A stretch of DNA of 64,000 bases from Octopus sinensis (GCF_006345805.1 NC_043012.1:48422001-48486000), one strand, 5' to 3'; counted from the stretch's first letter, positions 13,904 through 25,892 are shown. The notes: generated by a model not told the origin, from the letters alone. Numbers and translations: made by a program.

Positions 13904-13907
<4 letters not shown>
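13601..13907. repeat. AT-rich inverted repeat, arms about 140 bp, spacer about 27 bp
   Basis: 13601-13741 is the reverse complement of about 13768-13907 with a few mismatches; (TA)n lies on the right flank. Confidence 0.88.
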
Positions 13908-13946
<39 letters not shown>

Positions 13947-13948
13947 AT

Positions 13949-14243
13949 GGAGGCGCAATGGCCCAGCGGTTAGGTCGTAGATTCGCGGTTTCGATTCCCA
14001 GACCGGTCGTTGTGAGTGTTTATTGAGCGAAAACACCTAAAGCTCCACGATGCTCCGGCAGGGGTTGGTGGCGGTCCCTACTGTACTCTTTCGTCGCAAC
14101 TTTCTCTCACTCTTTCTTCTGTTGGTCTGCTCGCTTAGCTAGCGGGGTGACGTCATTTGAAGGCTAAAACAATGCGAAGCGCATTGTGACCAGCGATGTG
14201 TAGCAACATCTGATAGCCTGGTCGGTCACGCTGATCACAGTGA
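13949..14243 (+). mobile_element. tRNA-headed SINE, family C (head ggaggcgcaatggcccag)
   Basis: A-box, B-box ggtttcgattccc; embedded between (TA)n runs; body related to the copies at 18172, 23482 and 58143. Confidence 0.88.
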
Positions 14244-14267
14244 TATATATATATATATATATATATA

Positions 14268-14612
14268 GCAGACTTAAACTATTCGGTATGGGCGCAGGAA
14301 CTGCCAAATAACTTGATAATGCGTACACCTCATACTCAGTGAGTGTCCTCTCTCACTGCATACCAACAAAGTCTCAGTGTCAACGATGTATAGATTTACA
14401 GTGACTTTTCGGTGACTGATATCGCAAACAGCCATCAGTTTTATTTTAAAATAAACATTAGCGATCGAAGCAGCTGCATCGAACTCTCTCATGCATCAGA
14501 TGGCGTTTGCTAAAAAGCATCCGTGAGGTAAAATCGTGTAGAAAACCAAATGGCGGTGCCCCAGCATGGCCACAGCTCATTAGCTGAAACTGGAAAAATC
14601 AAAATCAAAATC

Positions 14613-14613
<1 letters not shown>
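14268..14613 (+). mobile_element. 345-bp retroposed unit ending in the CR1/L2-type LINE 3' tail
   Basis: Ends ggcggtgccccagcatggccacagctcattagctgaaact plus (aaaatc)n, nearly identical to the LINE tail at 6081-6117; (TA)n on both flanks. Confidence 0.65.
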
Positions 14614-14640
<27 letters not shown>

Positions 14641-14647
<7 letters not shown>

Positions 14648-15006
14648 GGTCCCGGGTTGATTCGGGGTTAACCACAGTAAATAAGGTACTCAATACATAG
14701 CAGAGTAAAATTAATTTATTATATAGAAGGAGCTTCTACAGGACTAGAACTGTTTCATTCAAGAGAAATCTTCAGGATTTCTCTTGAATGAAACAGTTCT
14801 AGTCCTGTAGAAGCTCCTTCTATATAATAAATTAATTTTACTCTGCTATGTATTGAGTACCTTATTTACTGTGGTTAACCCCGAATCAACCCGGGACCTA
14901 CATATCCTAGCACACCCCAGTGCCCTTATAACCATCGAGCTTCCTGAAGATTTCTCTTGAATGAAACAGTTCTAGTCCTGTAGAAGCTCCTTCTATATAA
15001 TAAATA
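14641..15006. mobile_element. Hammerhead-bearing small element (retrozyme- or PLE pseudo-LTR-like): inverted copy plus tandem direct copy
   Basis: Perfect 130-bp arms at 14641-14770 and 14776-14905 with spacer ttcag; then 31 unique bp; then a third, direct copy identical over 14949-15006; (TA)n on both flanks. Confidence 0.85.
14937..14989 (+). ncRNA. Type I hammerhead ribozyme with intact catalytic core
   Basis: Stem I GAGCTTC/GAAGCTC (7 bp); CTGAAGA; stem II TTTC-TCTT-GAAT (U.U plus 3 bp); GAAA; stem III ACAG/CTGT; cleavage triplet GTA (cut after 14982). Confidence 0.85.
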
Positions 15007-15012
15007 TATATA

Positions 15013-15129
<117 letters not shown>

Positions 15130-15981
15130 GTATATATATATGTATATATATATATATATATACATATATATATACATATATGTATATATGTATATATGTA
15201 TGTATATATGTATATACTTATATATATATATGCACACACTCATATGTATGTGGATGCGTATCCGCGTGCGTGTGTATGTATATGTGTGTGTATTCAATTA
15301 AGAAACATCACAAGAAATATATTTTGAATATTTCCATTGGGAGTTCCACACTGTTGTTCTTTAGCAATGATTGATGTTTGGAAAGAATTGAAAATCTAAG
15401 AGGGTTTTAGCCGTTTTCATACCACCGCCACCACCGTCGCCAAAATATTTAAATGTATGAAACAGAATTGTCTCAATTATTTTTTTTAATATTCTTTTAC
15501 TGGTTTTAGCAATTGAGTTGTGGCCATTCTGTAGCATCTTATAGACTGGTTTAGTCAGGTACATCAAACCACAATTTTTTTCCCGACTACTACTTAGTTT
15601 CTTTCAACTTGGAATTTTTAAACGACGCTGAACCTGCGAGCAAATTCAACTGAGAATATAAAGAAATACAAGCAAATAGCTTTGTCTGATTCACAATCAA
15701 TCTGATGTCTGTCCCCACCCCGTGTGTTTTGTGTAAATTTTCCCCCGGTTTTTTCGACAGAAAGTGCATAATCTTCAGACAGTCAAGGTTTTCGCTCCAA
15801 ATTAAAATCTTGAAAATACCGGACTTGTTCGTCTTTAAAAGCAAAACAGATGATGTCAAGTTTGTTGGCAGGGTCTTTAGAATATCGGCAAAAATACGTG
15901 CGCTATTTATTCTTTTTAGTATGTTCTGGGTTCAATTTCCATCATTGTCAACTTAGACTTATATCAATAAATGCAATACTT

Positions 15982-16098
15982 AGGCGTAGGAGTGGCTGTG
16001 TGGTAAGTAACTTGCTTACGAACCACATGGTTCCGGCTTCAATCCCACTGTGTGGATATGGTAGACGGAAACTGAAAGAAGCCCATCGTAAATATATA

Positions 16099-16160
<62 letters not shown>

Positions 16161-16356
16161 ATGTGTGTGAGTGTGTGTGTATGTATGTTTGTGTGTCTGT
16201 GTTTACGTTCCCGTAACTTAGCGGTTCTACGAAAGAGAACGATAGAATAAGTACTAGGCTTACAATGAATAAGTCCTGGGGTCCATTTGCTCGACAGAAG
16301 GCGTTGCTCCAGCATGGTCGCAGTCAAGTGACTGAAACAAGTAAAAGAGTAAAAGA
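15982..16356 (+). mobile_element. tRNA-headed SINE, family B (head aggcgtaggagtggctgtgtgg), internally deleted
   Basis: Head, internal (AT)n/(GT)n, tail ggcg..gctccagcatgg..cagtcaagtgactgaaacaagtaaaagag. Confidence 0.88.
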
Positions 16357-16689
16357 TATGTTTGGAGCAGTGTTTCTTAGCCATTTTTGCCTATGGACTC
16401 CTTTGTTTACCGTTTTATTCCTCTGGGCCGTCATAGCCATTCGATGCTTTAGAAAGATCTGCTGCATTTTTACAATTAAATATTATGAGGAATTGCATAA
16501 AAATATGTTAAAATATTTTGCATTTTGTAAAAGTATAACCAATTTATAACAACAAAATATTATGTAAACTCCCAAGCTTCATATGGACCTCTGATCAAGA
16601 AGTCCGTATGGGAACCACTGATCAAGAGCGCTGAACTAGCGGGTTATATTGCTTTCACATTTTGGGAAATAGAGAAAGCCGTTTATATC

Positions 16690-16842
16690 AAACTCAGTAC
16701 TTAACAGGTACTTATTTTATTGTCCCGAAAAGTATGAAAAGCAAAGTCGATCTCGACGGAATTTATATTCAAAATTTAAAGACAGACGAAATGCCGCTAA
16801 GCATTTTTCCCGGCGTGGTAACGATTTTACCACCTCACCACC
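16690..16842 (-). mobile_element. SINE family A, partial and diverged
   Basis: Matches the 5' half of the 12991-13222 copy. Confidence 0.75.
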
Positions 16843-17593
16843 TTAAACTAGCGGGATATGTCTAGAATGACTTATGGAAACTGTTCCAGCTCTTTGTATT
16901 CAGAATTCAAATCCCACCGTGTTTAGTTGAGCATTAGACTTCATATAACTCAAGGATTAACACTGGTACCCAGTTCTTGCATGCCTTTCAGAGGGTCCGC
17001 TTTGTTGCAAGTGTTCGGACCAGATCGTTAGAGTATATTTTCTTCCTTCCCTCCCATCTGTATCAGTGGCCCTAAACACGTTTATGAACACTAACTTGCC
17101 TCGTGATAAAACGATAAAATACAGTTGCTAGACTGAAAACTGATCTAATACATGGATGTTTTTCGTGACACCCATTGCTAGATTTAGATGAGGTCTTCTG
17201 AGTTTCAACGAAATGGTATCCATATTGTCTTGCTTTACAATCTGGATACCAGATTGTAAAGTTATCGTTAATAGCAAGAATTATACGAAATTGTATTTAT
17301 CTTTATAATTGTTAAGTAATTAACGAATTTTTAGAATTAATGCATTGGTTTTTATATTGTATATGGACGAATTTGTCATTACTATCAACATGTATTACAA
17401 TTCAAATAAAGACTACTATATATAGACAATTATAATTCTGATCATATTAGTTTCTGTCTCATCAGGAACATTAGCGCAATATTTTTATGTATTTATTGTT
17501 ATTGCATATGTCGCCATATTTCTCTTTATACCCATCGCTCTTTCGCTTCACACATACATACATGCATATGTGTGTACGCATGTATGTACTTAT

Positions 17594-17659
<66 letters not shown>

Positions 17660-17744
17660 GTGTGTGTGTGTGTGTGTGTGTGTATGTATATGTGTATATA
17701 TGTATGTTTCTATCTATGTACATATGTAAATACGTATATGCATG

Positions 17745-17822
<78 letters not shown>

Positions 17823-18171
17823 CAAGAAGTCGCCAGTATATATATTATTCTACCACGTGTAGAGGAAGACAAAATGAAATATACACTGTGGTCTAGAGAA
17901 TTCAGGCCATAAGATATTTTCAAATATCTGCGTGCGTCTATTTGTTGAATCTATGATAGTGTATTACTAGCGTGTTACACATACATATTTTTATCTTCCT
18001 TTTAATGTATAAATAATCTCCGGATGCTGTAGATTTGAACTCAATAATTCGAGGATCGAAAATATTTACTGTAAAGCATTTATCCGCCATTCCAATAGAG
18101 AGTTTAAGTGTCTGACACAATGCATAATAATATTTGATCAAGTTCTCGGCATTCTGAGCCCAAACTCCATT

Positions 18172-18480
18172 AGCTTACTTTGTTCCTTCTCGAGCCACGC
18201 CTGGCTCATAAGAACCGGTTTCCCGGTTTCCTTGGCGTAAAGGTTCCCCACCTGGACGGGACGCCTGTCCGTCGCAGGTGAGCTCGAAGATGCACGAGGA
18301 AAGAGTGAGAGAAAGTTGTGGCGAAAGAATCAGCAGAGGTTCGCCATTACCTTCTACCGGTGCCGCGTGGAGCTTAGGTGTTTCGCTCATAAACACACAA
18401 ATCGCTCGGTTTGAGATTCGAACCCGCGATTTCTCGACCGCGAGTCCGCTGCTCTAACTACTAGGCCATGTGCCTCCACT
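18172..18480 (-). mobile_element. SINE family C variant
   Basis: Reverse complement of the 23482 and 58143 copies; TSD aaactccatt at 18162-18171 and 18481-18490. Confidence 0.9.
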
Positions 18481-19240
18481 AAACTCCATTGATAACAGCC
18501 ATGTTGTTAATGGCAATATTATTCCAAACACTGACTTAGTGGGATTGTCAGAACATCTCACGAGATAGCTTGCGATATATGTTGCGGTATTTCGTGTTCT
18601 GACTTCAAATTCTACACAGGTATCAACATCCAGGGTCAAATCACCCATCTAGTGGGGTACCCCGTCCAGCTTTCAATTGATCGGCTTGAATAAATTGGCC
18701 AGCATCCAGTATAGATGAATACGCAAAGGGATGATGTTTTCATTCATAAGTTCGTCGGCAACAGCAGAATAGTGATGAAACCGGAAATGAAACTAGTCTA
18801 CTCTTTCTAATTGCTGACGAAGCAGCCTCAGCGGTTCACAGTGCATAATATGAAGTATTGGACAATATTGAAATTTGTTTCCTACGGTACACATCTAAGA
18901 TCAACTTTTTCTTTCTGTCTTTCTCTCTATCGGTTATATTTGTTCAAAAGTTTCCTACCTTTAACTGCGGAAAGTGATCCGACACCACCTTTTGGAAAAT
19001 CTCTCCTGTGGAGACAACCACAGTGACACTTTTTACAAAAAGACAATTTTTCAAATGTTCTTCCTTTTTTTAAAATTCACATTTTTCATCATATATCTCC
19101 CTATAGAGCGAGAATTAAATACTTTCAGCGATGGATACGAAAACTTAGATACATATAGCCAGGTCAAGAGATAAGGAAAAACTATTATAGGAATAAGCAA
19201 TGAAATTTAATTACGCAATCAAATAGTTAAATTTTGTTTA

Positions 19241-19466
19241 TACGAGGAGTGCTGGAAAGTACCTGGCTTTGAGCAAAAGCAAATAGAGGTGAGGCGGGGG
19301 CCAGTTAATTAGGATTATATTCAATCTATTCCCCTCTCTGATTTACACACTTATTGCAGTTGTCCTTTTGTTTTTCTAATTCCTGTAAAAGAATTCGGAA
19401 GGTTGGTGTCCAACCATGTCTTTCGTGATACTCTTAAAGCCAGGAACTTTTCAGTACACCCTCGTA
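19241..19466. mobile_element. Mariner-type MITE, about 225 bp
   Basis: Terminal inverted repeats (TIRs) tacgaggagtgctggaaagtacctggcttt / aaagccaggaacttttcagtacaccctcgta; TA at both ends; second copy at 51713. Confidence 0.85.
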
Positions 19467-19827
19467 AGCATCGGTAAATAATCTTGAAGGCGGGCCAAAT
19501 ACAATATCTAAAATGAATTAGATAAGACAGTCCATTACATTTTCTTCCTTTTTCTTCATATTTAAACTCATTCGCCTTACCTAACTGCGTAATTTGTATT
19601 TAAAAAGCAACGCGTAGTAAATTGAATAGAGTGGGGGAGAATTTGGTAAGGAGGAGAGAGGGGGAGAATTTAGTAAAGGAGGGGATAAGCGCAGTTAAAC
19701 ACTGACGCCAATACAGTCAGTTGAATAAATTGAATAACGTTATTTGACTCTTACTTATTTATTCCGCACGAAATTCAAATTCCACTGACAATAATATTAG
19801 CTTCTATAGTTATTAAATTAAATTTTA

Positions 19828-20012
19828 GGTATTGGTTTCAAAATTTTGCACAAGGCCAGCAATTTCGGTGAGTGGGGTATGTCAATTACGTCAACTCCAG
19901 TATCCAGCTGGTAGTTATGTTAACGACTCGACAGAAGTTGTACTCAGAACGTAAAGACGAACGAAATGCCGCTGAGCGCTTTTGCCTAGCCTGCTAACAA
20001 CTCTGCCAGCTT
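19828..20012 (-). mobile_element. SINE family A subfamily with alternative 3' end (ggcacaaggccagcaattt), diverged
   Basis: Family A head with the tail shared by the copies at 26843, 32842 and 35508. Confidence 0.7.
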
Positions 20013-20202
20013 TCTCAGATATTGACTGCAGTTATATCATTTACGTTTATGACTTAGAAATAGACAACAACGTATTGAGCCACAAACATTTCAGAGAGCA
20101 CTCTTAAGATACATCAGTACACAAACGTAGAACAAAGATAGTACGCGCTCGATCAGATAACACTTACATAAATTATCTGCAGGCTACATGCAATATGTTT
20201 AC

Positions 20203-20409
20203 CGAGCTGGCAGAAACGTTAGCACGCCGGGCGAAATGCATAGCCGTATTTCGTCTGTCGTTACGTTCCGAGTTCAAATTCCGCCGAGGTCGACTTTGCC
20301 GTTCATCCTTTTGGGGTCGATAAATTAAGTACCAGTTACGCACTGGAGTCGATGTAATCCCCTTGTTTGTCCCCTCTGTGTTTAGCCCCTTGTGGGTAGT
20401 AAAGAAATA
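20203..20409 (+). mobile_element. SINE family A
   Basis: Near full-length match to the 12991-13222 copy, in the opposite orientation. Confidence 0.9.
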
Positions 20410-20639
20410 TATTTTCTAGCATTAGGTGTTCCATCTCCAAATAATTACAATAAAATATCACTCAATACGTGGCTTCATATTTCAGAAAAGATTTTTTTTC
20501 TTGGTTACTTTTATCTTTTTTTTACTCTTGCTTATTTGGATGTGGAATGGCTTCATTCATAACTCTTCGTGGTTGGCCTTCGAGAATAACGGTGATAAAG
20601 AATAGAAGGAACCACAACTAATTGGTTATTGAAGTCAAA

Positions 20640-20990
20640 AGAAGTATACCATCGGAATTCCAGGTTAATCCCAGAGTGGAAATCTGGTTAAAACTTGTGT
20701 ATAGTGTGGACTTTCCTGAATGGACTTTCCATGGACAATGTAACGGTCTTAAACCAGGAGAAAGATTGAAACTACTCCACCCAAAACAAGTAGCGATCGT
20801 CCAAGAGCTTGACACAGTTTCCTTCAAGCCAATTTCACAAATGAGACTTTTATCCAAGGATATAGTATGCTAGAAGAAAGACGATTATGAAGCAAAACTT
20901 CTTAACTGTTAAGAATAATATATATATCAAGTACAGCAACATTTTTAATAAATAATATGAAGTAGGCTGTTGAGAAACGTCTGAAAGCAC
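20640..20990 (+). mobile_element. Possible very decayed Penelope-like GIY-YIG relic
   Basis: After removing a 14-bp tandem duplication (tggactttcc..tggactttcc) it reads NLVKTCV*CGL..GQ, resembling the CxxC..YxGQT motif; a GAAACGTC fragment follows at about 20973. Confidence 0.3.
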
Positions 20991-21520
20991 TTTTACTGCT
21001 CTTCACTATCACAACTAACTCTCTATCTTCATAACTATCTCTCTTCTATATTTTTCAAACTTCCGGTTACTTCTTTTATATTTTTATTTTATTTTATTGC
21101 TATATTTTTTCTCCTTTCTCAGTTTTTTTTTCATCTACTTATTTTAGATATTGCCTTATTTATGTATATTTAATGTTATTTTATGTTTTAAATTTCAAAA
21201 TATAGATTTAGAGATTACGAACGTTTCATTTTGTTTGTGTGTTTACTTGTTGTTTAGTTCTTTTCTTTCTTGTCTTTGTTGTTGCTTTATTTTTTGTTGT
21301 CTTTTCGTTCCTGGTAAGATTTTAATCATTTGTTCTTAGCATTGAACACGGTTAAATAATTCATAACAAACAAATACTGTATGTATTGATGTTATAAATA
21401 TGTGTGCGACTAAGAATGTGGATGTGGCTCTATGCACACTCACATTTTTATATATCTAAATAATATTATACGGCAAGATAGAGAAGGAGAGACAGGCAGC
21501 TGTAAATTCACATGTATATT

Positions 21521-21553
<33 letters not shown>

Positions 21554-22013
21554 ATATATACATATACATATGTGTATATATATATACATATATATATATA
21601 TATGCATATATGAGCGTGTGTGTATACGTACCTGAGGGTGTATATGTGTGTTTGTGTGTGTGTGTGTGAGCATGAGTGTGTGCGCGTGTGTGTAGGCTAC
21701 GTAACTAGTCGGAGAAGATGGTAAGTAAAATGTAAAAAAGAGTAAAGTGAAAGAGGTGAGAAAGATAGTCAGAAGCAAAGAATGATTGAACGGAGTAGAA
21801 AGAGAAGAGAAAAAGGTAAGAATTGCGAGTAAATGAAAGATAAACGGAAAGGTGCCTGGAAGAGAGATAAGGAAAAAGAGAGAGAGAGAGAAGGATGAGA
21901 GTTTGTGTGTGAGAGAGGGAGAGAAAGAGAGCGTGTGTGCGTGAGAGGGAGATGATAAACAACTTGAGCGATATTTTAGCCAATAAGAAAGCCAAAACAA
22001 TTATCTCTTGAAA

Positions 22014-22295
22014 GCTTGCTTGCTTTGCTTCATGCACTGGCTTGATGAGGCTGAAGCTATCCCAAGTTCGTAGTCCCAAAGAGGTCATCATGTGTAGAGT
22101 CGACTAGGTCCATCAGGGCTCTCCATCGCTAGCAGTCCCGTGCCGGTCCTTTTGCATCCCACAAGGTGACGTTGAGTTTCTGGAGATCTTTCCCAATCAA
22201 GTCCGGCTATCTGGTGCGTGGCCTGCCACGAGATTTCTCCCAGCCCGCATCTACTGCTTTGAATGAGAGTAAAGCTCTAGTAAGATGACCTCTGG
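22014..22295 (-). mobile_element. RTE-clade LINE 3' fragment
   Basis: Minus-strand GWEKSRGRPRTR*PDLIGKDLQKLNVTLWDAKGPARDC*RWRAL (RTE C-terminal pattern) and a (gcaa)n-like tail. Confidence 0.8.
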
Positions 22296-22311
22296 AAGGG
22301 GCAAAGTTATT

Positions 22312-22489
22312 AATTTGTTTACATCATTTACATTTGACGGATATATGTCCTCATCTTGTCTGTTGTTAACGCAATGTTTCGGCTGATATACCCTCTAGCC
22401 TTCTCCAGGTGTCTTGGGGAAATTTCGAACCTAGGTTCTCATTCCTAAGGTATATTTCGATGTTGTTATTATCATCATCATCATTATTA

Positions 22490-22552
<63 letters not shown>

Positions 22553-22690
22553 CCACTACCTGGAACTCGGAATCTTGGGGCTAGTAGCTCGTGCTCTTAA
22601 CCGCTACGCAACAACAAACAAGATGCGGTCAAATATCCGTCAAATGTAAATAATGGGCATAATTCCTCATCTCCTAAATATAGAACTGTA
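22312..22690 (-). mobile_element. Element with tRNA-like head, (AAT)n, hammerhead motif and inverted terminal tails
   Basis: Head at 22609-22549 (gcgtagcggttaagagc...gagttccagg); (AAT)n; hammerhead at 22413-22368; tail 22324-22367 repeated inverted at 22610-22653 (about 5 mismatches in 44 bp). Confidence 0.75.
22368..22413 (-). ncRNA. Minimal type I hammerhead motif, mutated copy
   Basis: gacac-CTGGAGA-A-GGCT(12 nt)AGCC-GAAAC-ATT-gcgtt. Two point reversions (A6, G16.2) give a canonical CUGAAGA/GAAACGUU core with palindromic helix III. Confidence 0.65.
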
Positions 22691-23481
22691 TTATTAATTT
22701 GTATTGTGAATTTTGTTCTTGTCAGCGGCAAGTGAGTTATGAGATGGAATAGATGAAGTATTTGTTTAAATTACAAGATGAACCCAATGGCTAAACTTCT
22801 TCAGTAAAACGGCATAAACACATTCCTTGAAATGTGAAGCAATTAAATCGATAGTTTCAATTCTATGACTCTTTCATCGCGGAATATGTACTGATGTGTA
22901 TGTAAAGAGAAGGGAATCTGTTTGAGGACATTTTGATGGAAAGGTCAGGCATCGCCTACTTCCAAAATATCAATCTGTTGCTAGGATATTTTATGAGGAG
23001 AATTGTGGATCAGTTACCATGAAGCAGAGATTCATTGATAAGCAGTGACAAATCTAAGATATATTTCAATATTTATTGAAGCATCATTTGTGGTCATTAG
23101 TTGCAACCACTCGACTTTCTGGGCAATGTTATGCGGAGCACAATTAAACATTATGTCAAGCAGCCTGCTAACACTTGAAATTAAACTAGATAGTTACAGC
23201 ATATCGGATAATGATGAAGCCTATCGATGTTTTGGTGGAGCATTCACTTTGATACTCTAAAGGGAATTAATCAAACTTCTCTACGTGTTCTGTCAACCTC
23301 TCAGAAATAGCAACTAAATCTTCCTCGTATCACACCCTACCATCTTCAAAAGAAAAGAGAGGATAGGTTGTATAGCTACCCTAGATGCACTGCAGCTGGA
23401 AACTAAAGTTAAAATAGTCCCGATTAGAATGTCTTAAATCAGAAGTCTATTACTTCGTGCGTTGCTTGCATCTACACAAAA

Positions 23482-23791
23482 GTGGAGCCAAATGGCCTAG
23501 TGGTTAGAGCAGCGGACTCGCAGTCGAGAGATCGCAGGTTCGAATCTCAGACCGGGCGATGTGTGTGTTTATGAGCGAAACACCTAAGCTCCACGCGGTT
23601 CCGGCAGAAGGTAATGGCGAACCCCTGCTGACTCTTTCGCCACAACTTTCTCTCACTCTTTCCTCCTGCATCTTGCAGCTCACCTGCGACGGACCGGCAT
23701 CCCGTCCAGGTGGGGGAACCTATACGCCAATGAAACCGGGAAACCGGTTCTTATGAGCCAGGCATGGCTCGAGAAGGAACAAACAAAAAAA
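23482..23791 (+). mobile_element. SINE family C variant
   Basis: A-box and B-box head; 13-bp TSD atctacacaaaag at 23470-23482 and 23792-23804. Confidence 0.92.
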
Positions 23792-24057
23792 ATCTACACA
23801 AAAGCAACAGAAATTTTAATATGGAATCGTAAATATTAGTCATTGACTGGTACAGAAATATACGAACGTTCTCAGAGTATTTCCGGACCTTCTATTTGGG
23901 ACAAGAAAACAATATGAAATATAATCAAAGAAGAGTAATTCTCGTTCCTTTTGCTATCCTGATAGTAGTGATGGACGAGCGGTGAGGGTGATGTGGTTTC
24001 TGTTCCAGGTTTATCATGGCCAACAAGATTTGTGATCAGAAAGACACACATCATAGC

Positions 24058-24452
24058 CATACTCTTTTACTCTTTTACTTGTTTCAGTCATTTGACTGTG
24101 GCCATGGTGGAGCACCGCCTTTAGTTGATCAAATCGACACCAGGACTTATTCTTTGTATGCCTAGTACTTATTCTATCGGTCTCTTTTGCCGAACCGCTA
24201 AGTGAAGGGGACGTAAACACACCTGCATCGGTTGTCAAGCGACGTTGGAGGGACAAACACAAACACATAAACACACATATACATATATATATATACGACC
24301 AGCTTTTCCAGTTTCCATTTACCAAATCCACTTACAAGGCTTTGGTCGGCCCGAGGCTATAGTAGAAGACACTTGCCCAATATGCCACGCAGTGAGAATG
24401 AACCCAGAACCATGTGGTTGGTAAGCAAGCTACTTACCACACAGCCACTCCT
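24058..24452 (-). mobile_element. SINE family B, full-length
   Basis: Matches the copies at 31260, 40818 and 45925. Confidence 0.92.
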
Positions 24453-25571
24453 GGTCCTATGTAACAATTTATTTATTAAAGGCAAAATATTGCTCGAATA
24501 GCATTCTCTTGTGAACCTTGTATTTTTAGACAGTACGGTATGGTTTGAGGAAGATTTGACAGCTATATTTCGTAAGTCGATGAATCGCAGAGAGGCACAA
24601 TCGTTTAGCGTTTTTAATATCCTGGTAGGCTATGAGGGAAAATTTGACGTCTATAGGTATGATGACGGTTCACTAGTCACCTGATCGTATGAACGATAGT
24701 ACAGTTATTATGCGTAAAACTTATTATGATGTCAACTGATTCTATTTTCAATATCGTTCATTTCACCAACGGAGGAGCCTCAACTTATCATTCGAACTGT
24801 GATAAATAATACATATTGTGATACTTTTGAGAGTAAATACATCTTGCTATCTTTGAAAGAGAATGGGGCATACTTGTCAAGGAGAATATAGTCCTGGGTA
24901 TATTGTATATTAAAACAGACATAGATAGCCTTTTGCAGGAAGCGGACGGTATGAGATGCGATGTCTAATAGACTACATCAAATATTTCGAGAGACAAAGA
25001 ATGAGAAATAAGGAGATATAAAATTGAAACAGAGAGAGGGGGTGTGGGGTAGATATGCGCCGTACTTTCGGAATATTATTATCTTCTAAATTGGGAAACA
25101 TTTGATTGTAAATATATTTAGTATACAGAGTCATTTTATATTATGTATTATATTTCAAGGAAATAAAGGTTGAAGTATACCAGTAATTGAACAGAATAAA
25201 ATGATAGGCAGGTTTTTATGTGTGTTTGTGTGCGCACGTTCACGTACATTTTCACTCTGAGTTTAAGTCCTATTGGAGTCAACCCTACTTTTTCGTCCTT
25301 CCGGAGTTGATAAAATGAAGTACGGGTATATATTGGCGTCGGTGAAATTAACTGTACCTTAACTCCAATTAGATGAAATAACATCAATACTGGGGACAGA
25401 CATAACACCAGTAAAAAAAGGACAAATAATAGCCTATGTAATATAACGTCATTAAATGAAGTATTCATAATAGGAGGCATGCAACATATCTCCAGTAAGT
25501 ATAGGATGATTATAAGGTGCATAATGTAACATCGATAAATATAGCTTCAATTATAGAGTTCATTTTACTAC

Positions 25572-25892
25572 TGGCACTCCGTCGGTTACGACGAAGAGTG
25601 TTCCAGCTGATCTGATCAATGGACCAGCGTGCTCGTGAAATTAACGTGTAAGTGGATGGGTATTCCAGAGGCACGGGTTCTCTTAGTATAGTTCTCAGGG
25701 AGGTTCAGCGTGGTGCCGAATGTGACGAAGATGAATTACGAGCACAACTTATTTTTGCCAGCGGAGTGGACTGGAGCAATGAGGAATATAGAACTTTTTT
25801 GATGGACACAATGTACCGTCGGTAATCGAGCTCACAACTTCTCGATCGTGAACCGAATACCTTAGCCAATAAGCCATGCGCCTTCATGAGGA
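25572..25892 (-). mobile_element. Diverged SINE with family D-like head and a different tail (family E)
   Basis: Head tgaaggcgcatggcttattggc at about 25890; middle ctccagtccactc shared with family D; tail ends ...cgtaaccgacggagtgcc. Confidence 0.65.

Noticed and set aside
13949-14030. SINE heads as tRNA genes
   Set aside because: No complete cloverleaf, and they continue into repeated SINE bodies with TSDs.
15320-15960. Repeat-like segment (also 2870-3080) as a Helitron or DNA transposon
   Set aside because: No termini, TSD or coding motif could be identified.
17435-17475. Minus-strand CTGATGA-GACA-GAAAC hammerhead-like string
   Set aside because: Only 4 nt between the core halves, no stem II, and no pairable NUH or stem I.
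18805-18840. CTGACGAAGC...GC hammerhead start
   Set aside because: No GAAA follows.
20955-20990. tgaagtaggctgttgagaaacgtc as a hammerhead
   Set aside because: The core and stem II are too degraded to distinguish from chance; noted only as context for the weak PLE relic.
25572-25730. Structured SINE tail as an HDV-like or twister ribozyme
   Set aside because: I could not map P1, P3/L3 or the catalytic C by eye, and the copy is diverged; a CM search on the family consensus would be needed.
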